Assembly: GCA_963805975.1 (NCBI GenBank)
Contig: CAWDVR010000002.1
Span: 160,001 to 224,000 of the forward strand
Source: an uncultured Acidobacteriota bacterium
Lineage (GTDB): Bacteria > Acidobacteriota > Thermoanaerobaculia > Multivoradales > SZUA-115
Direction of reading: 5' to 3'
Length of the DNA stretch: 64,000 nucleotides
Shown: one piece after another, positions 1 through 9,365 of the stretch
Layout: each line of letters starts with the position of its first letter
How positions within the stretch are numbered: position 1 is the stretch's first letter
Translations under genes and position numbers: made by a program
Notes under the pieces: model-generated
What the model was told of the DNA's origin: nothing
Database searches by the model: none
The model's input: only the letters and a program-made list of their open reading frames with translations

Positions 1-931
1 GACACGGTCCGAGATCTGGGTCTCGAAGTCCACCTGGTAGCGGGCGATCTCCTGCGCCGAGCGGTCGAAGGAGCTCTCGTAGGCGTTGTCGCGGGACACG
101 TCCGGCAACTGGCCGCCCACCAGCGGCAGACCGGCGTCCGGAGAGGCATCGAAGTCCAGCACCTCGGCGTTGAACAGCAGCCGCGTACGGTCGGACAGCC
201 GCCAGGTGGCGGCCGGGTTCACGCCCCACACCCGCGAGTCCTTGCCCTCGCGGTGGCCTTCGCTGTCGCGGTAGAGCGCGTTCAGGCGGAAGTCGACGTT
301 GCCGCCGAGGTTCGCCTGGTTCCAGTCCACCTGGCCGCCGTAGGTGCCGAAGCTGCCGCCCTCCAGGCTCACGACGCCGAAGCTCTCCGGCACCGGCTGC
401 TTGCGCACCATGTTGACCGCGCCGGCGAGCGGGTTGCTGCCGTAGAGGAAGCCGCCCGGGCCCTTGAGCACTTCGACCCGCTCGACGTTGTAGAGCTGGT
501 AGAAGCTGACCTCGGGCTCGGGCAGCGCCGTCGATCGACACCAGGCTGCCGTCCACCGAGTCGAAGCCGCGCACCACGAAGAAGTCGAAGATGCCGGCGC
601 CGGTCTGCACGTTCAGGCCGGAGACGTTCTGCAAGGCGTCGCCGAGCACCTGCGCGCCTTGCTCCTCGAGCAGCGGGTTGCCGACCACGCCGACGTTGGC
701 CGGGGTCCAGGCGAGCGGCACCGGCAGCTTGGTGGCGATGGTGTTGGAGGTCGGCGCGTAGGGCAGGCTGTCGATGACGAACAGCTCCTCCTCGACCGTC
801 GCCACGGGTTCAGCCTGCGCGGTCTCCGCCACGGCCCCTCCCTGCGGGGCCGTGCTCTGGGCCTCCACCGCCGCCCAAGGCAGCAGGCCCAACCCCATGA
901 GCAGCATTCGCAACCAGCGACTTCTCGACAT
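1..931 (-). CDS. TonB-dependent receptor, N-terminal part (runs off the window; apparent +1 frameshift near 525)
   Basis: Not in the ORF track; translated by hand. ATG at 931 follows a GAGGAG RBS. Signal peptide MSRSRWLRMLLMGLGLLPWAAVEA. Plug motifs TKLPVPLAWTPANVGVV, DALQNVSGL and FVVRGF; after a one-base shift near 525 it continues YNVERVEVLKGPGGFLYGSNPLAGAVNMVRKQP. Confidence 0.85.
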   Translation of the reverse strand, partial: MSRSRWLRMLLMGLGLLPWAAVEAQSTAPQGGAVAETAQAEPVATVEEELFVIDSLPYAPTSNTIATKLPVPLAWTPANVGVVGNPLLEEQGAQVLGDALQNVSGLNVQTGAGIFDFFVVRGFDSVDGSLVSIDGAARARGQLLPALQRRAGRSAQGPGRLPLRQQPARRRGQHGAQAAGAGELRRREPGGRQLRHLRRPGGLEPGEPRRQRRLPPERALPRQRRPPRGQGLAGVGREPGRHLAAVRPYAAAVQRRGAGLRCLSGRRSAAGGRPVAGRVPRQRLRELLRPLGAGDRPLPGGLRDPDLGPC

Positions 932-969
932 CAACGTTTCTCCTCACATCGAATGGAAAACAGGTCTTC

Positions 970-2199
970 TCAAGCTTTCAAATCGAGCACTACCAGCTCC
1001 GCCTCCGTCCGCACGTAGAGGCGCCCCTCGGCCAGTGTCGGCATGGTCCAGGTCTTCCCCTTGACCACCGCCACGCGCACCTTCTCGCGGAAAGCCTGGG
1101 GTGTCGCTTCCACCAGGCCCAGCTCGCCCTGGTCGGAGAGCACCAGGAGGTGCCCGTCGGCCCACAGGAGCGAGCCCTTGCCGTAGCCGCGCGCCTTCCA
1201 CCGCTCCTCGCCCGTGACGGCGTCGATGGCCTTGAGCGTGGCGTCGTCGAAGCCGTAGAGCACGCCGTCGACGAGAACCGAGCTGTTGAAGTGGTTTTTC
1301 ATCACCCGGCTGCGCCAGAGCTGTTCCACGGCCACGCCGGCGCCCTCCTTCTTCATGCGCAGCACCTGGGCGCCTTTGTCGTAGCTCGAGGAGATGAACA
1401 CCTTGTCCGGCGCGATGAACACCGGCGCCGCGGCGTTGACGTCGTAGCTGGTCTCCCAGGGCACGCGCCAGTAGACCTGGCCGGTGGCGGGCGCCACCGA
1501 GACCAGCGAGCTGCCGGTGAAGAACAGGGCCTGGCGCACGCCCTCGAAGGTGAGGGCGATGGGCGTCGAGTAGCCCGGCTTGTCGGTCTCGACCGTCCAG
1601 CGCACCTTGCCGGTGGCTTTTTCGAAGGCCACCAGGGAGCAGTTCCGCCGCCCGCCGACGTCGACCAGCAGCAGGTCGCCCTCGACGATCGGCACGGTCG
1701 AGATTCCCCACTGCGGCACCCGTGCCTCGAACTCGGTCACCAGGTCTTTGCGCCACTTCTGGGCGCCGGTCTTGGCGTCGACCGCGTAGAGCTTGCCCGA
1801 GGCGCCGAGCGCGAACACCAGGTCGCCGTCCACGGTGGGCGTGGAGCGCGGGCCGCTGCCCATCTCGTCGTTACGGTCGCGGTCCAGCCGCACCCGCCAG
1901 AGCTCCTTGCCGGTCGCTGCCTCGTAGGCGGCCAGCACCTCGTCGCCACCGGAACCAAAGAGCGTGTAGGCCTTGCCCGCCACCACCGCGATTCCCGAGT
2001 AGCCGGTGCCGAGCGCCTTACGCCACAGCACCTTGGGGCCGCCCGCGGGCCAGGCCTGGGAGATCTTCTCGGCCGAGCGCCCGTCGCGGCTCGTGCCCCG
2101 GTACTGCGGCCAGTCGTCGGCGCGGGCTCCCCAGGACGCGAGGCTCAGGCCGACGGCGCAGGCGAGACCGGCGAGGCGAGAGGCGAGAGATGGCGTCAT
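970..2199 (-). CDS. Secreted PQQ-binding-like (BamB-type) beta-propeller protein #1
   Basis: Signal peptide, DWPQYRG N-terminal motif, repeated A.D..TG...W blade motifs. Confidence 0.9.
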   Translation of the reverse strand: MTPSLASRLAGLACAVGLSLASWGARADDWPQYRGTSRDGRSAEKISQAWPAGGPKVLWRKALGTGYSGIAVVAGKAYTLFGSGGDEVLAAYEAATGKELWRVRLDRDRNDEMGSGPRSTPTVDGDLVFALGASGKLYAVDAKTGAQKWRKDLVTEFEARVPQWGISTVPIVEGDLLLVDVGGRRNCSLVAFEKATGKVRWTVETDKPGYSTPIALTFEGVRQALFFTGSSLVSVAPATGQVYWRVPWETSYDVNAAAPVFIAPDKVFISSSYDKGAQVLRMKKEGAGVAVEQLWRSRVMKNHFNSSVLVDGVLYGFDDATLKAIDAVTGEERWKARGYGKGSLLWADGHLLVLSDQGELGLVEATPQAFREKVRVAVVKGKTWTMPTLAEGRLYVRTEAELVVLDLKA

Positions 2200-2226
2200 G
2201 GGCAAGCTCCAGTTCGAGATCGAAGC

Positions 2227-3567
2227 TCAGGTGTAGCGAGCGTTGCGGTACTCCGGGTCGTAGAGCTCGGGCAGCAGCGAATCGACCCGCAGCAGGCCCT
2301 CGGGCGTGAGGCGGATCGAGTCCACCCCCACCTCGAGCATGCCACGAGCGGCCAGCCGCTCGAAGGCCGGTGCCAGCTCCCGCAGCGCGTCGACGCCGAA
2401 CTTGTCGCGAAAGTACGCGCCGGACAGCCGCCCGAGCTTCATCTGCAGGATGGCCTCGCGCAGCCAGCGGTCGCGCTCGCCGGTGCCGAAGGCGCGGCCG
2501 AGCGCCAGCTCGCCCCGCTGCAGGCGAGCCAAATACTCGCCCCAGCCGTCGACGTTCTGGAACAGCACGCCGCTCAGGTGGCCGAAGGAGGCGACCCCGG
2601 TTCCCAGCATGTCCGCGCCGTGCCAGTTGGCGTCGCGGTAGACGAAGCGGCTGCCGCGTCCGGTCTTCACCATCGTATACGCGCTCGACTGCTCGTAGCC
2701 CGCTTTCGCCAGCTCTTCGAAGGCATGCTGCTGCCAGGCGCGCTTGGTCTCCCAATCGGCGAGCGGCTCGGAGAGCGAACCGTCGAGCACCCCGGCGGCG
2801 AAGCGGGTGTTGTAGGGCAGCTCCATCTGGTAGATGGTCACGCTGTCCGGCGCCAGCTCGACCGTCTTGGCAACGGTCTCCCGCCAGGCGCGCCAGCTCT
2901 CCCCCACCATGCCGGCGATCAGGTCGACGTTGAGCTGGTCGAATCCCTGGGCCTCGATCCACGGCAGGCAGCGGAAGATCTCCTTCGAGACGTGGGCGCG
3001 GCCGTTGCCGCGCAGGATCTCGTCGTCGAAGTTCTCGATGCCGAGCGAGAGCCGCGTGACGCCCATCGCCTTGATCGCCGCCAGCTTGCCTTCCGAGAGC
3101 GTGCCGGGCTCGCACTCGAAGGTCACCTCGGCGGCACCGTCCCAGGGGATCGCCGCCTTGAGGCGCTTGGCCAGGCCCTCGAGCTGCGCCACCGACAGGA
3201 AAGAAGGAGTGCCGCCGCCCACGTAGACGAAGGACAGCGGCCGGCCGGCGACAGCGGGCTTTTGCGCCAGCAGCTCGACCTCGGTCGCGAGGGCCCCCAG
3301 GTAGCTTCCGATCTCGTCGTGGTTCTTGTCGGTGTAGACCCGGAAGTAGCAGAACTTGCACCGCTTGCGGCAGAAAGGGATGTGCAGGTAGAGACCCAGC
3401 GGTACGCCTGGCCGCGGCGGTGCATCGAGCGCCGCCACGGCGGCGCCCACGGCTTCTTCCGACCAGAACGAGAAGGGCGGGTAGTTGGAGACGAAAAGGC
3501 TGCCGACCTCGACTTCGTGCAGCTCGAGGCCGGTGGCGGGCTCTGCCTGGATCGTCGCGAGGCTCAT
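2227..3567 (-). CDS. HemN-like (coproporphyrinogen III oxidase family) radical SAM enzyme, 446 aa
   Basis: YLHIPFCRKRCKFC (CxxxCxxC), GGGTPS, and a C-terminal HemN_C-like IRLTPEGLL. ATG at 3567 overlaps the upstream TGA (ATGA). Confidence 0.9.
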   Translation of the reverse strand: MSLATIQAEPATGLELHEVEVGSLFVSNYPPFSFWSEEAVGAAVAALDAPPRPGVPLGLYLHIPFCRKRCKFCYFRVYTDKNHDEIGSYLGALATEVELLAQKPAVAGRPLSFVYVGGGTPSFLSVAQLEGLAKRLKAAIPWDGAAEVTFECEPGTLSEGKLAAIKAMGVTRLSLGIENFDDEILRGNGRAHVSKEIFRCLPWIEAQGFDQLNVDLIAGMVGESWRAWRETVAKTVELAPDSVTIYQMELPYNTRFAAGVLDGSLSEPLADWETKRAWQQHAFEELAKAGYEQSSAYTMVKTGRGSRFVYRDANWHGADMLGTGVASFGHLSGVLFQNVDGWGEYLARLQRGELALGRAFGTGERDRWLREAILQMKLGRLSGAYFRDKFGVDALRELAPAFERLAARGMLEVGVDSIRLTPEGLLRVDSLLPELYDPEYRNARYT

Positions 3568-4721
3568 GGTGGGGAAGCTCCTGGTGGTCTTGCCTCGGCT
3601 TTCGCCGCTCCGAAGGCATAGAGCTGGCCGTCCACGGTGCCGATGACCAGGCGGCCGGCGGCGACCGCCGGTGAGGACGCGAAGGCCGACCCGGTCTCGT
3701 ACTGCCAGGCCGTGCGGCCGCTCTCGAGGTCGAGAAGGTAGAGGTGGCCCGAGAGTGTCGCCACCACGACTCGATCCCCGGCGACGACCGGCGAGGCGTC
3801 CACCCGCGCCGGGGTCTCGAAGCTCCATTTCTCCTTGCCCGTCGCGGGGTCGAGCGCGCGCAGCAGCTTGTCGCGCCCGCCGACGATCACCGCCTTCGGC
3901 GTCACCGCGGCGGAGGAGTAGTACGGGAACTTGCGGCTCTCGTGCTCGTAGCGCCAGGCCACCTTGAGGCCCGCAAGGTCGACCCCGAGCACCTGGTTCT
4001 CGAAGGTGCCCACGAAGGCGCGGCCACCGGCGATCGCCGGGCTCGCCGCCGCGTAGCCGTCGAGGCCCACCTTGCCCGCCTCCTGGCCGTCGGCGACGCG
4101 GATGGCACGCAGGTAGCCGTCGCAGCCCGAGATGTAGACCAGCCCGTCGGCCACCGCCGGCGTGGCGTGGACGTAGGACTGGGTCTCGACCTTCCAGGCG
4201 AGGCTGCCGTCGGCCACCTTCAGGGCGTAGAGGAAGCCGTCGTAGGAGCCGAAGAGCACCAGCTTCTCGCCGCCGCTCGGCTGTACCAGCGTGGGCGAGG
4301 AGGTGACGCCGGCGTCGGTCTTGAAAGTCCAGCGCGGCTTGCCGGTCGCGGCATCCAAGGCGTGGAAGGTGCCGGCCTCGTCGCCGAAGTAGACGGTGCC
4401 GGCGGCGACCGCCGGCGAGGACTTGATCTCGCCGCCCGCCTTGTACTTGAAGCGCTCCTTGCCGGTCTCGAGGTCGAGCGCATAGAAGTTGCCGTCGAGC
4501 GAGCCGACGTAGACCACACCGCCGGCGATCGCCGCCGTGCCCTCGAAGCCGTCGGCCGCCTCGAAGGTCCAGAGCGGCTTGAGCGCGGCGGGCAGGGCCT
4601 CCCTGGCGACGCCGGTGAGCGCCGCGTCGCCGCGGAACGAGGTCCAGTCGGCGGCGGCCGGCAGGGCGACGAGGAGGGCGGCGCCGAGGGCCAGGATGAG
4701 GAGATCAGTATGCCGCTTCAT
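3564..4721 (-). CDS. Secreted PQQ-binding-like beta-propeller protein #2
   Basis: Signal peptide, WTSFRGD motif, about 8 regular SSPAV..G.VY.G..DG..YALD..TG..W blades. Confidence 0.9.
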   Translation of the reverse strand: MKRHTDLLILALGAALLVALPAAADWTSFRGDAALTGVAREALPAALKPLWTFEAADGFEGTAAIAGGVVYVGSLDGNFYALDLETGKERFKYKAGGEIKSSPAVAAGTVYFGDEAGTFHALDAATGKPRWTFKTDAGVTSSPTLVQPSGGEKLVLFGSYDGFLYALKVADGSLAWKVETQSYVHATPAVADGLVYISGCDGYLRAIRVADGQEAGKVGLDGYAAASPAIAGGRAFVGTFENQVLGVDLAGLKVAWRYEHESRKFPYYSSAAVTPKAVIVGGRDKLLRALDPATGKEKWSFETPARVDASPVVAGDRVVVATLSGHLYLLDLESGRTAWQYETGSAFASSPAVAAGRLVIGTVDGQLYAFGAAKAEARPPGASPP

Positions 4722-5895
4722 AGAGCCTCAGGAGATCGCCCGTGGACACCGGCCGCGGGTTGAAGGTGGCGGTCCACTCCTGCGCCGCGCGCTCGGCGAG
4801 GTCCGGCAGGCGGGAGCTCTCGACGCCGCAGTCGGACAGCCGCTCGGGCAGGCCCGCCAGCCGGCGCAGCGCCTCGACCCGCGCCGCCAGCGCCTCGGCG
4901 CCGGCCGGCACCAGCTCGCGGTACAGCGGCTCGGCCACGGCCGCGTTCCAGCGCACCACGTGCGGCAGCATGAGGCCCACGGCCACGCCGTGGACGATGC
5001 CGTAGGCGGCGGTCAGCGGGTTGGCGGTGGCGTGGGCGGCGCCGAGCATCGCGGCCTCGATGGCGGCGCCCGCGAGGTGAGCGCCGAGCAGCAGGTCGGC
5101 CCGCGCCGGTCCGTCCGGCGCCAGCACCGTCTCGAGAGCCCCGTCCAGCAGCCGCCACGCCTCTCGTGCGTAGAGGCTCGAGACCGGCGTGCGCTGGGTG
5201 GTCACCAGGCTCTCGACGGCGTGCGACAGGGCATCGATCCCCGCCGCCACCAGCACCCCGGGCGGCGCCGTGGCCAGGAGGTCGGGATCGAGCAGCACTG
5301 CCGAGAAGCGCGCCTTGCGGTCGCCGCAGGCCATCTTGCGGCCATGGGCCATCCCCGGCGCGGCCTCCGCCTGGGTGATGAGGGCGTAGGACTGGGCGTC
5401 GCTGCCCGTGCCGGCGGTGGTGGGCACGCCGATCGACGGCAACATGGACGAACGGGCGCGACCGAAGCCCCAGTAGTCCTCCATGCGACCGCCGTTGGTG
5501 GCCAGGAAGTTGATGCCCTTGGCGGCGTCGAGCACGCTGCCGCCGCCCACGGCCACCAGCAGATCGGCCCCCAGGTCGGCCGCCGCTCGCGCGCCGGCCT
5601 CGACCTCGCGGGTCGTCGGGTTCTCGCTCACGCCGTCGAAGATGCGGACGTCGAAGCCGGCGCGGATCAGCTTCTGGGCGGCAAGGGCCGGGTAACCGGC
5701 GGCGCGCAGGCCGGGATCGGTCACCACCAGCACCCGGCCTGCCGCAAGCTCGCCGGCCACCGCACCGACCTCGTGCAGCACGCCGGGGCCGAAGGTGACG
5801 GGGATCGAGCCGATCTCGGCCGTCCAACGGCCCGCGGCAGGTGCGCTGGCGGCGGCGGTCTCGATCTGGCCGTCGAGCACGGCGGTCGGGCTCAC
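4705..5895 (-). CDS. Iron-containing alcohol dehydrogenase, 396 aa
   Basis: GGGSVLDAAK, PTTAGTGS, DALSHAVES, LGAAHA and HG metal ligands. The GTG start overlaps the upstream TGA (GTGA). Confidence 0.92.
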   Translation of the reverse strand: MSPTAVLDGQIETAAASAPAAGRWTAEIGSIPVTFGPGVLHEVGAVAGELAAGRVLVVTDPGLRAAGYPALAAQKLIRAGFDVRIFDGVSENPTTREVEAGARAAADLGADLLVAVGGGSVLDAAKGINFLATNGGRMEDYWGFGRARSSMLPSIGVPTTAGTGSDAQSYALITQAEAAPGMAHGRKMACGDRKARFSAVLLDPDLLATAPPGVLVAAGIDALSHAVESLVTTQRTPVSSLYAREAWRLLDGALETVLAPDGPARADLLLGAHLAGAAIEAAMLGAAHATANPLTAAYGIVHGVAVGLMLPHVVRWNAAVAEPLYRELVPAGAEALAARVEALRRLAGLPERLSDCGVESSRLPDLAERAAQEWTATFNPRPVSTGDLLRLYEAAY

Positions 5896-7355
5896 GCCAC
5901 CGCCTCCAGGCCTCGCGGCGGGGGCGGCACCGCCGCCTGGAAGGCGCGGCGGCGGTAGAGGTGCTCGAAGAGGTTGCCCTCGTGCGGCTGGTCCCACATC
6001 ACGTGCGAGGTGGGGATGGCGCCCAGGTTCAGGCGCTCGACATGAGGCGAGGCGAGGAGCTCGCCGGCGAGCACCGGGTCCGCGGTGAGGGCCGTGACCA
6101 CCAGCGACGGGCCCATGCGCTCGACCAGCTCCGCGGCCGGCACCTCGACGACGGAGACGAAGGGGAACAGGAGCTCGGTCTGTGCCAGCGGGTGCCCGGG
6201 GTCCGAGCAGTAGACGACGGTGGGCAGCAGGAAGGCGCAACCGCCGGCTTCCCCGACACGGCCCTCGGGCCGGAAGCGGGCCGTCACGTCCTCGGCGCCC
6301 GCGATCTGTAGCTGTGCGTCGAGGTAGGCCGAGACCCGCTCGGCCGCTGCGCGGGACGGAAAGGCGGCGAGCCGGGCCTCCGGGTCGTCGAGCGCGCGCG
6401 CCGGGATCTGCGCCAGCCGCTCGGCCAGGGCCTCGGCGATCTCGCGGCCGTGGCGCGGCGTCCACACGCCCGAGGCGTTGACGCAGGAGCGGCCCCCGTT
6501 GTCGGCCACCGAGGCGGCCAGCACCTCGAGGTGCGACTCCCAGCGGCCGGCCTCGTCCGCGCCGAGCACCACCTTGCTCCAGCCCGGGCCGTGGATCTCG
6601 ACCCGCGGGTCGCCGCGCCAGGGGTCCACGGTCGAGGCATCGCCGAAGAGCAGCGAGCGCCCGCAGCGCTGCAGCAGCTCACCCGCCCCGGCGTAGCTCG
6701 TCGGGTAGAAGCCGAAGGCGGCGGCCGGCGCACCGGCGGCGATGAAGGCCTGCGCCACCCGCAGCGGCGTCCAGGGCTCCTGGCGGCCGGGCTTGAGCGC
6801 CAGGGCCACCTTGAGCGCGATCGCCGGCAGCCACAGGGCGTGCACGCCCGGCGAGTTGCTGGGGAGGATGGCGGCGAGGGCGTCCGCCTCGCGGCGGTAG
6901 GAAACGATCTGCGAGCCCACCAGGCCGTGCCCGCGGTCCAGCACTTCGAGGTCGAGGCCGCGGGTGAGGCCGCCGAGCACGGTCTCCATCTCGGCCAGCA
7001 CGTAGCGGATCTTCTCCATGTTGCGGCGCGCCAGGGCCTCGGGCAGGCCGGTGGTGCCGGAGAGCTGGCGGACGTAGTCGCCCGGCGACTGCGAGCCCTC
7101 TCCGAGCGGCAGCTCGCTGGATACGAAATGCTCGGCGGCGCGGCGGGAGACGGCGAGGAGCTCGCGCACCGAGAGGGCTTCGAGGGCGCGCCGGCCCTGG
7201 CCGGCGGAGAGCAGGTCGCGGGCGACCAGGCCAGGGTTGGCCTGGCTGACCTCGGCCACCGGCTCGCCGGTCGCGAGGTGCGGCAGGACGGTCCGCTCGA
7301 GGCTGTAGTACGGGCGGCCCCAGCGCAGGACCGGAATATGGACAGGGGCTGCCAC
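5892..7355 (-). CDS. ALDH-fold acyl reductase (GriD/EhpG/LuxC-like)
   Basis: PSNSPG, LKPG, catalytic Cys in NGGRSCVNAS, ELLFPF. The canonical ELGGK motif is replaced by HGPGWSK. GTG at 7355 has a GAGGT RBS; an alternative ATG lies at 7388. Confidence 0.8.
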   Translation of the reverse strand: MAAPVHIPVLRWGRPYYSLERTVLPHLATGEPVAEVSQANPGLVARDLLSAGQGRRALEALSVRELLAVSRRAAEHFVSSELPLGEGSQSPGDYVRQLSGTTGLPEALARRNMEKIRYVLAEMETVLGGLTRGLDLEVLDRGHGLVGSQIVSYRREADALAAILPSNSPGVHALWLPAIALKVALALKPGRQEPWTPLRVAQAFIAAGAPAAAFGFYPTSYAGAGELLQRCGRSLLFGDASTVDPWRGDPRVEIHGPGWSKVVLGADEAGRWESHLEVLAASVADNGGRSCVNASGVWTPRHGREIAEALAERLAQIPARALDDPEARLAAFPSRAAAERVSAYLDAQLQIAGAEDVTARFRPEGRVGEAGGCAFLLPTVVYCSDPGHPLAQTELLFPFVSVVEVPAAELVERMGPSLVVTALTADPVLAGELLASPHVERLNLGAIPTSHVMWDQPHEGNLFEHLYRRRAFQAAVPPPPRGLEAVA

Positions 7356-7440
7356 AAGGGCACCTCGGGAATCTCTATGCGCCATCATCGGCGTCAGCAA
7401 GCCTCATGAGTTTGGGTCCGGCAACAGCCCCAAGAGAGAC

Positions 7441-7456
7441 AGCAAGAACAGTGCCC
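7441..7456 (-). promoter_or_regulatory. Putative sigma-54 (-24/-12) promoter for the reductase-ADH-propeller-radical SAM operon
   Basis: Minus strand reads GGGCACTGTTCTTGCT (GG-N10-GC with TTGCT), about 85 bp upstream of the ALDH-fold gene. Confidence 0.55.
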
Positions 7457-7781
7457 GGACAGCGGGACCCGAGGACGGCGGAAACTCCCTGCGCATGGGG
7501 GGGTTTACGCGGTTTCGGGGGCAGGGTTTGGCACGCCCGCCCCCTGAGTACGACAAGATGACGCTTTTCTACTACGAAGGCAGTAGGAGAGCGCGAAGAC
7601 ACGGGCTTGATCAAAGGCCTGATCGCGGGTGGGGGCCGGCGCCACCCTCCGCGGTCTCTTCAGGCGCAAAGACCCTGGCGCGGGCGCCGATTCAACCGGG
7701 GTGACGCTGCGGGAATCAGGCCCGAGCCCCTCGCGGAGCTCGGGTCGGCTTGGTTCAGGTACCCAGGGAGCCTCGGAGCGC

Positions 7782-9065
7782 TCAGCCGCGCCGCTTCCAC
7801 AACCAGACGAGACCCAGGCCCAGAGGAGCGCCGAGCAGCAGGTTGGCGTGCGACGCCTTCCTCACCGGCACCGGCGCGGTCCGGTTCGCCCGGCCGGGGC
7901 TCGGCCTCGCGGCGACGTACGAGCGCGTGTCCCGCCGCCAGCCGCCGTCCCTGGCGCGCTGCAGCGAGTGCCGGGCGGAGTTCCCTTCGGCCCTCTCGGT
8001 GAGGACCGGCATCCCCGGCCGCACCAGCTTGCGAAGTGCGCTGCCGGCCGCAACCGGCCCCAGCACCACGGCGTCCATCTCCTCGTCGGCCGTGGCCTCG
8101 AAGCCGGCGGAAAAGTCGGTGGTCTTCGAGTAGTAGAGCGCCATGGCCGCGTTCTCGCTTTGCAACTGGAGGTCCAGGGTGAGGTCCGCGCCCTTCACGT
8201 CCGGCCCGCCGATCAGGAAGAAGCCGTCCGGGCGGCTGCGCAGCCCGGTGAGCGGGATGGCCTCGGCGTAGGAGCGCTCCGAGCCGCCGTCGAACAGCAC
8301 CAGGGTCATGTGGTCGAGAGGACGGTCGCCCAGGCCACCGTCGTAGAGCTCGATGAAGCTGCTGCCACCGCCCGCGCCGTCGTCGGTGTCGAGCTCGTTG
8401 ATCACCACCGCCGGGTTCACGGCCTCGCCGCTGTAGGCGACGGTCGCGGTCCCCGGCTGGACGGTGCAGGCGATCCGCTCGCTCTCGCTCCTGACGGTCA
8501 CCGCGTTCTGCAACTGGAAGACCGTCCCCGCCGTCGGCGGGTAGGAGGTGATGCCGGTCGCCACGTAGACCGCCTCGGTGCTGTGCAGGATCTCGGTAGT
8601 ACCGGTCTGCGGGTTGGTGGCTTGGAAGCGCCAGAAGAGGTGGCACTCGGCGGTCACTGGGAAGAACGGCGCGCCCTGCGAGCTCTGCGAGGTCATGCGA
8701 TAGAAGGAGCGGCCGGCCGCCGTGTCGAGGGTCACGGTCGCGTTGCCGAGCGAGCCCATGGTGCCCTGGGCCTGGATCATCGTCCAGTCGGCCTCTTGCA
8801 CCGTGGCGGACTTGATCTGGAGGGCCCCCATCTCGGAGTAGGAGTCCAGGTTGACCTGGACCGTGAAGGTGCTGGGGACCGTGGGCGGTGGAAAGACAGA
8901 GGTCCCGGGCGTGGCGCTGACGGCCGTGCAGATCATGGTTTTGGCGCAGCCGTTGCCGCTGCACCCGCCGCCGCCTGCGTGGCTGATGCCGGGGAGGGCG
9001 ACGCCGAGGACGGCGAGCCAGCACAGGACAGCAGGCAGAGCACGACTACACCTCGACTTGAGCAT
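7782..9065 (-). CDS. Secreted, membrane-anchored protein: unknown beta-rich N-domain + lamin-tail-like domain + C-terminal TM (paralog A)
   Basis: Signal peptide followed by GGGGCSGNGC. LTD-like VVINELD..FIELYDGG..PSPG.N. Ends in a hydrophobic stretch followed by KRRG. Confidence 0.75.
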   Translation of the reverse strand: MLKSRCSRALPAVLCWLAVLGVALPGISHAGGGGCSGNGCAKTMICTAVSATPGTSVFPPPTVPSTFTVQVNLDSYSEMGALQIKSATVQEADWTMIQAQGTMGSLGNATVTLDTAAGRSFYRMTSQSSQGAPFFPVTAECHLFWRFQATNPQTGTTEILHSTEAVYVATGITSYPPTAGTVFQLQNAVTVRSESERIACTVQPGTATVAYSGEAVNPAVVINELDTDDGAGGGSSFIELYDGGLGDRPLDHMTLVLFDGGSERSYAEAIPLTGLRSRPDGFFLIGGPDVKGADLTLDLQLQSENAAMALYYSKTTDFSAGFEATADEEMDAVVLGPVAAGSALRKLVRPGMPVLTERAEGNSARHSLQRARDGGWRRDTRSYVAARPSPGRANRTAPVPVRKASHANLLLGAPLGLGLVWLWKRRG

Positions 9066-9093
9066 GGAGCGGTCTCCTTTCCGAGCCGATGAA

Positions 9094-9125
9094 GCTGTTT
9101 GGAATGCAGCGGTTTGGAATACAGC
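9094..9125. repeat. Tandem 15-bp direct repeat upstream of paralog A
   Basis: GCTGTTTGGAATGCA followed by GCGGTTTGGAATACA, then GC. Confidence 0.6.
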
Positions 9126-9365
9126 AAGAGTGACCCGGAAAGGCGCAAGCGGGACAGGCCGGACGACTCGTGGACCTGCGGACCGGAGCGTCCCAGCCCG
9201 CGACCACGGAGGTTTCTTTCGAGGCGCAGAAGTGGTCTGAGCTGCCGCAACGAAGCGAGCAGTGACGGCCCTATCTCAGATGAGGCACCACCCGGAAGGC
9301 AGGGGCGGCCCCACCTTCCGGTCCGTTTTCGGATGGCCTTCGAGAGGACCTCGCCTGCTTGGGCG

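Noticed and set aside
7528-7545. TTGGCACG on the plus strand as a sigma-54 promoter
   Set aside because: There is no GC at -12 and no plus-strand gene downstream.
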